Below are positions 63,657 through 64,000 of a DNA stretch of 64,000 bases, piece after piece. Source of the DNA: a virus; the UHGV virus genome UHGV-1366990; one strand, given 5' to 3'. Below the pieces are notes generated by a model that searched no databases, had not been told where the DNA came from, and was given only the letters and a program-made list of their open reading frames with translations. Position numbers and translations under genes: made by a program. Each line of letters starts with the position of its first letter. Within the stretch, counting starts at the first letter, position 1.

Positions 63657-64000
63657 ATGCAAGAGATCACTCTCTCCGAACGTACACTTCAGTTGCTGGC
63701 CAACTTTGAGACCATCAACCCATCTATCGTTCTGACACCGGGCAAGATGCTGCGCAGTATTAATGATTCTTCTACTGTGATCGCCGTGGCGCAGATCGAA
63801 GAAGACTTCCCGTTTGAGTTCCCGATTCTGGACCTGACCAAACTTCTGGCCATCCAGCGCCTACCTTCCTTCAAAGGTGCCAAAGCCGAATTCCATCAGG
63901 ACTACATCCTGTTGAAAGGCGAAAGCTCTCAGCTGCAATTCTGGCGTTCTGCTAAAGAACTCACTGTTGTTCCGGCTGACACCATTGAACTGCCGTCTGT
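63657..64000 (+). CDS. gp45: sliding clamp (gp45-like), N-terminal part; gene continues past window end
   Basis: MQEITLSERTLQLLANFETINPSIVL parallels T4 gp45 MKLSKDTTALLKNFATINSGIML; GAGGA RBS. Confidence 0.75.
   Translation, partial: MQEITLSERTLQLLANFETINPSIVLTPGKMLRSINDSSTVIAVAQIEEDFPFEFPILDLTKLLAIQRLPSFKGAKAEFHQDYILLKGESSQLQFWRSAKELTVVPADTIELPS

Overview
The window is a densely coded section of a large T4-like lytic phage genome (no bacterial genes seen). The left arm (1-15.2 kb) is mostly minus-strand and carries replication and nucleotide-metabolism-type genes: a family B DNA polymerase (gp43-like), a GIY-YIG/P-loop kinase fusion, a PLP-dependent enzyme, a HAD-like hydrolase and a LemA-like membrane protein. 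A minus-strand tRNA cluster follows (15.3-17.1 kb) with three tRNAs I could fold by hand (Ser-GCU, Asn-GUU, Met-CAU) plus several tRNA-like hairpins and long inverted repeats. From 19 kb the plus strand carries the late virion module in T4 order: baseplate wedge, tail fibre, four tailspike genes, a 1612-aa virion protein, neck gp13/14/15, terminase small and large subunits, sheath, tube, portal, prohead core, protease, scaffold and major capsid; then a homing-endonuclease-like gene, small early-type genes, UvsY-like, a RecB-type nuclease, UvsW helicase and the start of the gp45 clamp. The four-tailspike locus with shared N-terminal modules on a T4-like core resembles Ackermannviridae (Vi1-like) phages; this is inference only. 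Most notable: a 159-aa mini-intein splitting the terminase Walker A motif; two paralogous small 3-TM membrane proteins, each directly after a tailspike gene; a tailspike with GDSL/SGNH esterase motifs; a possible DNA-hypermodification enzyme set; a palindromic late-promoter element; and a structured, ORF-poor RNA region around the tRNAs. All calls come from reading the sequence and ORF track; no database search was run.
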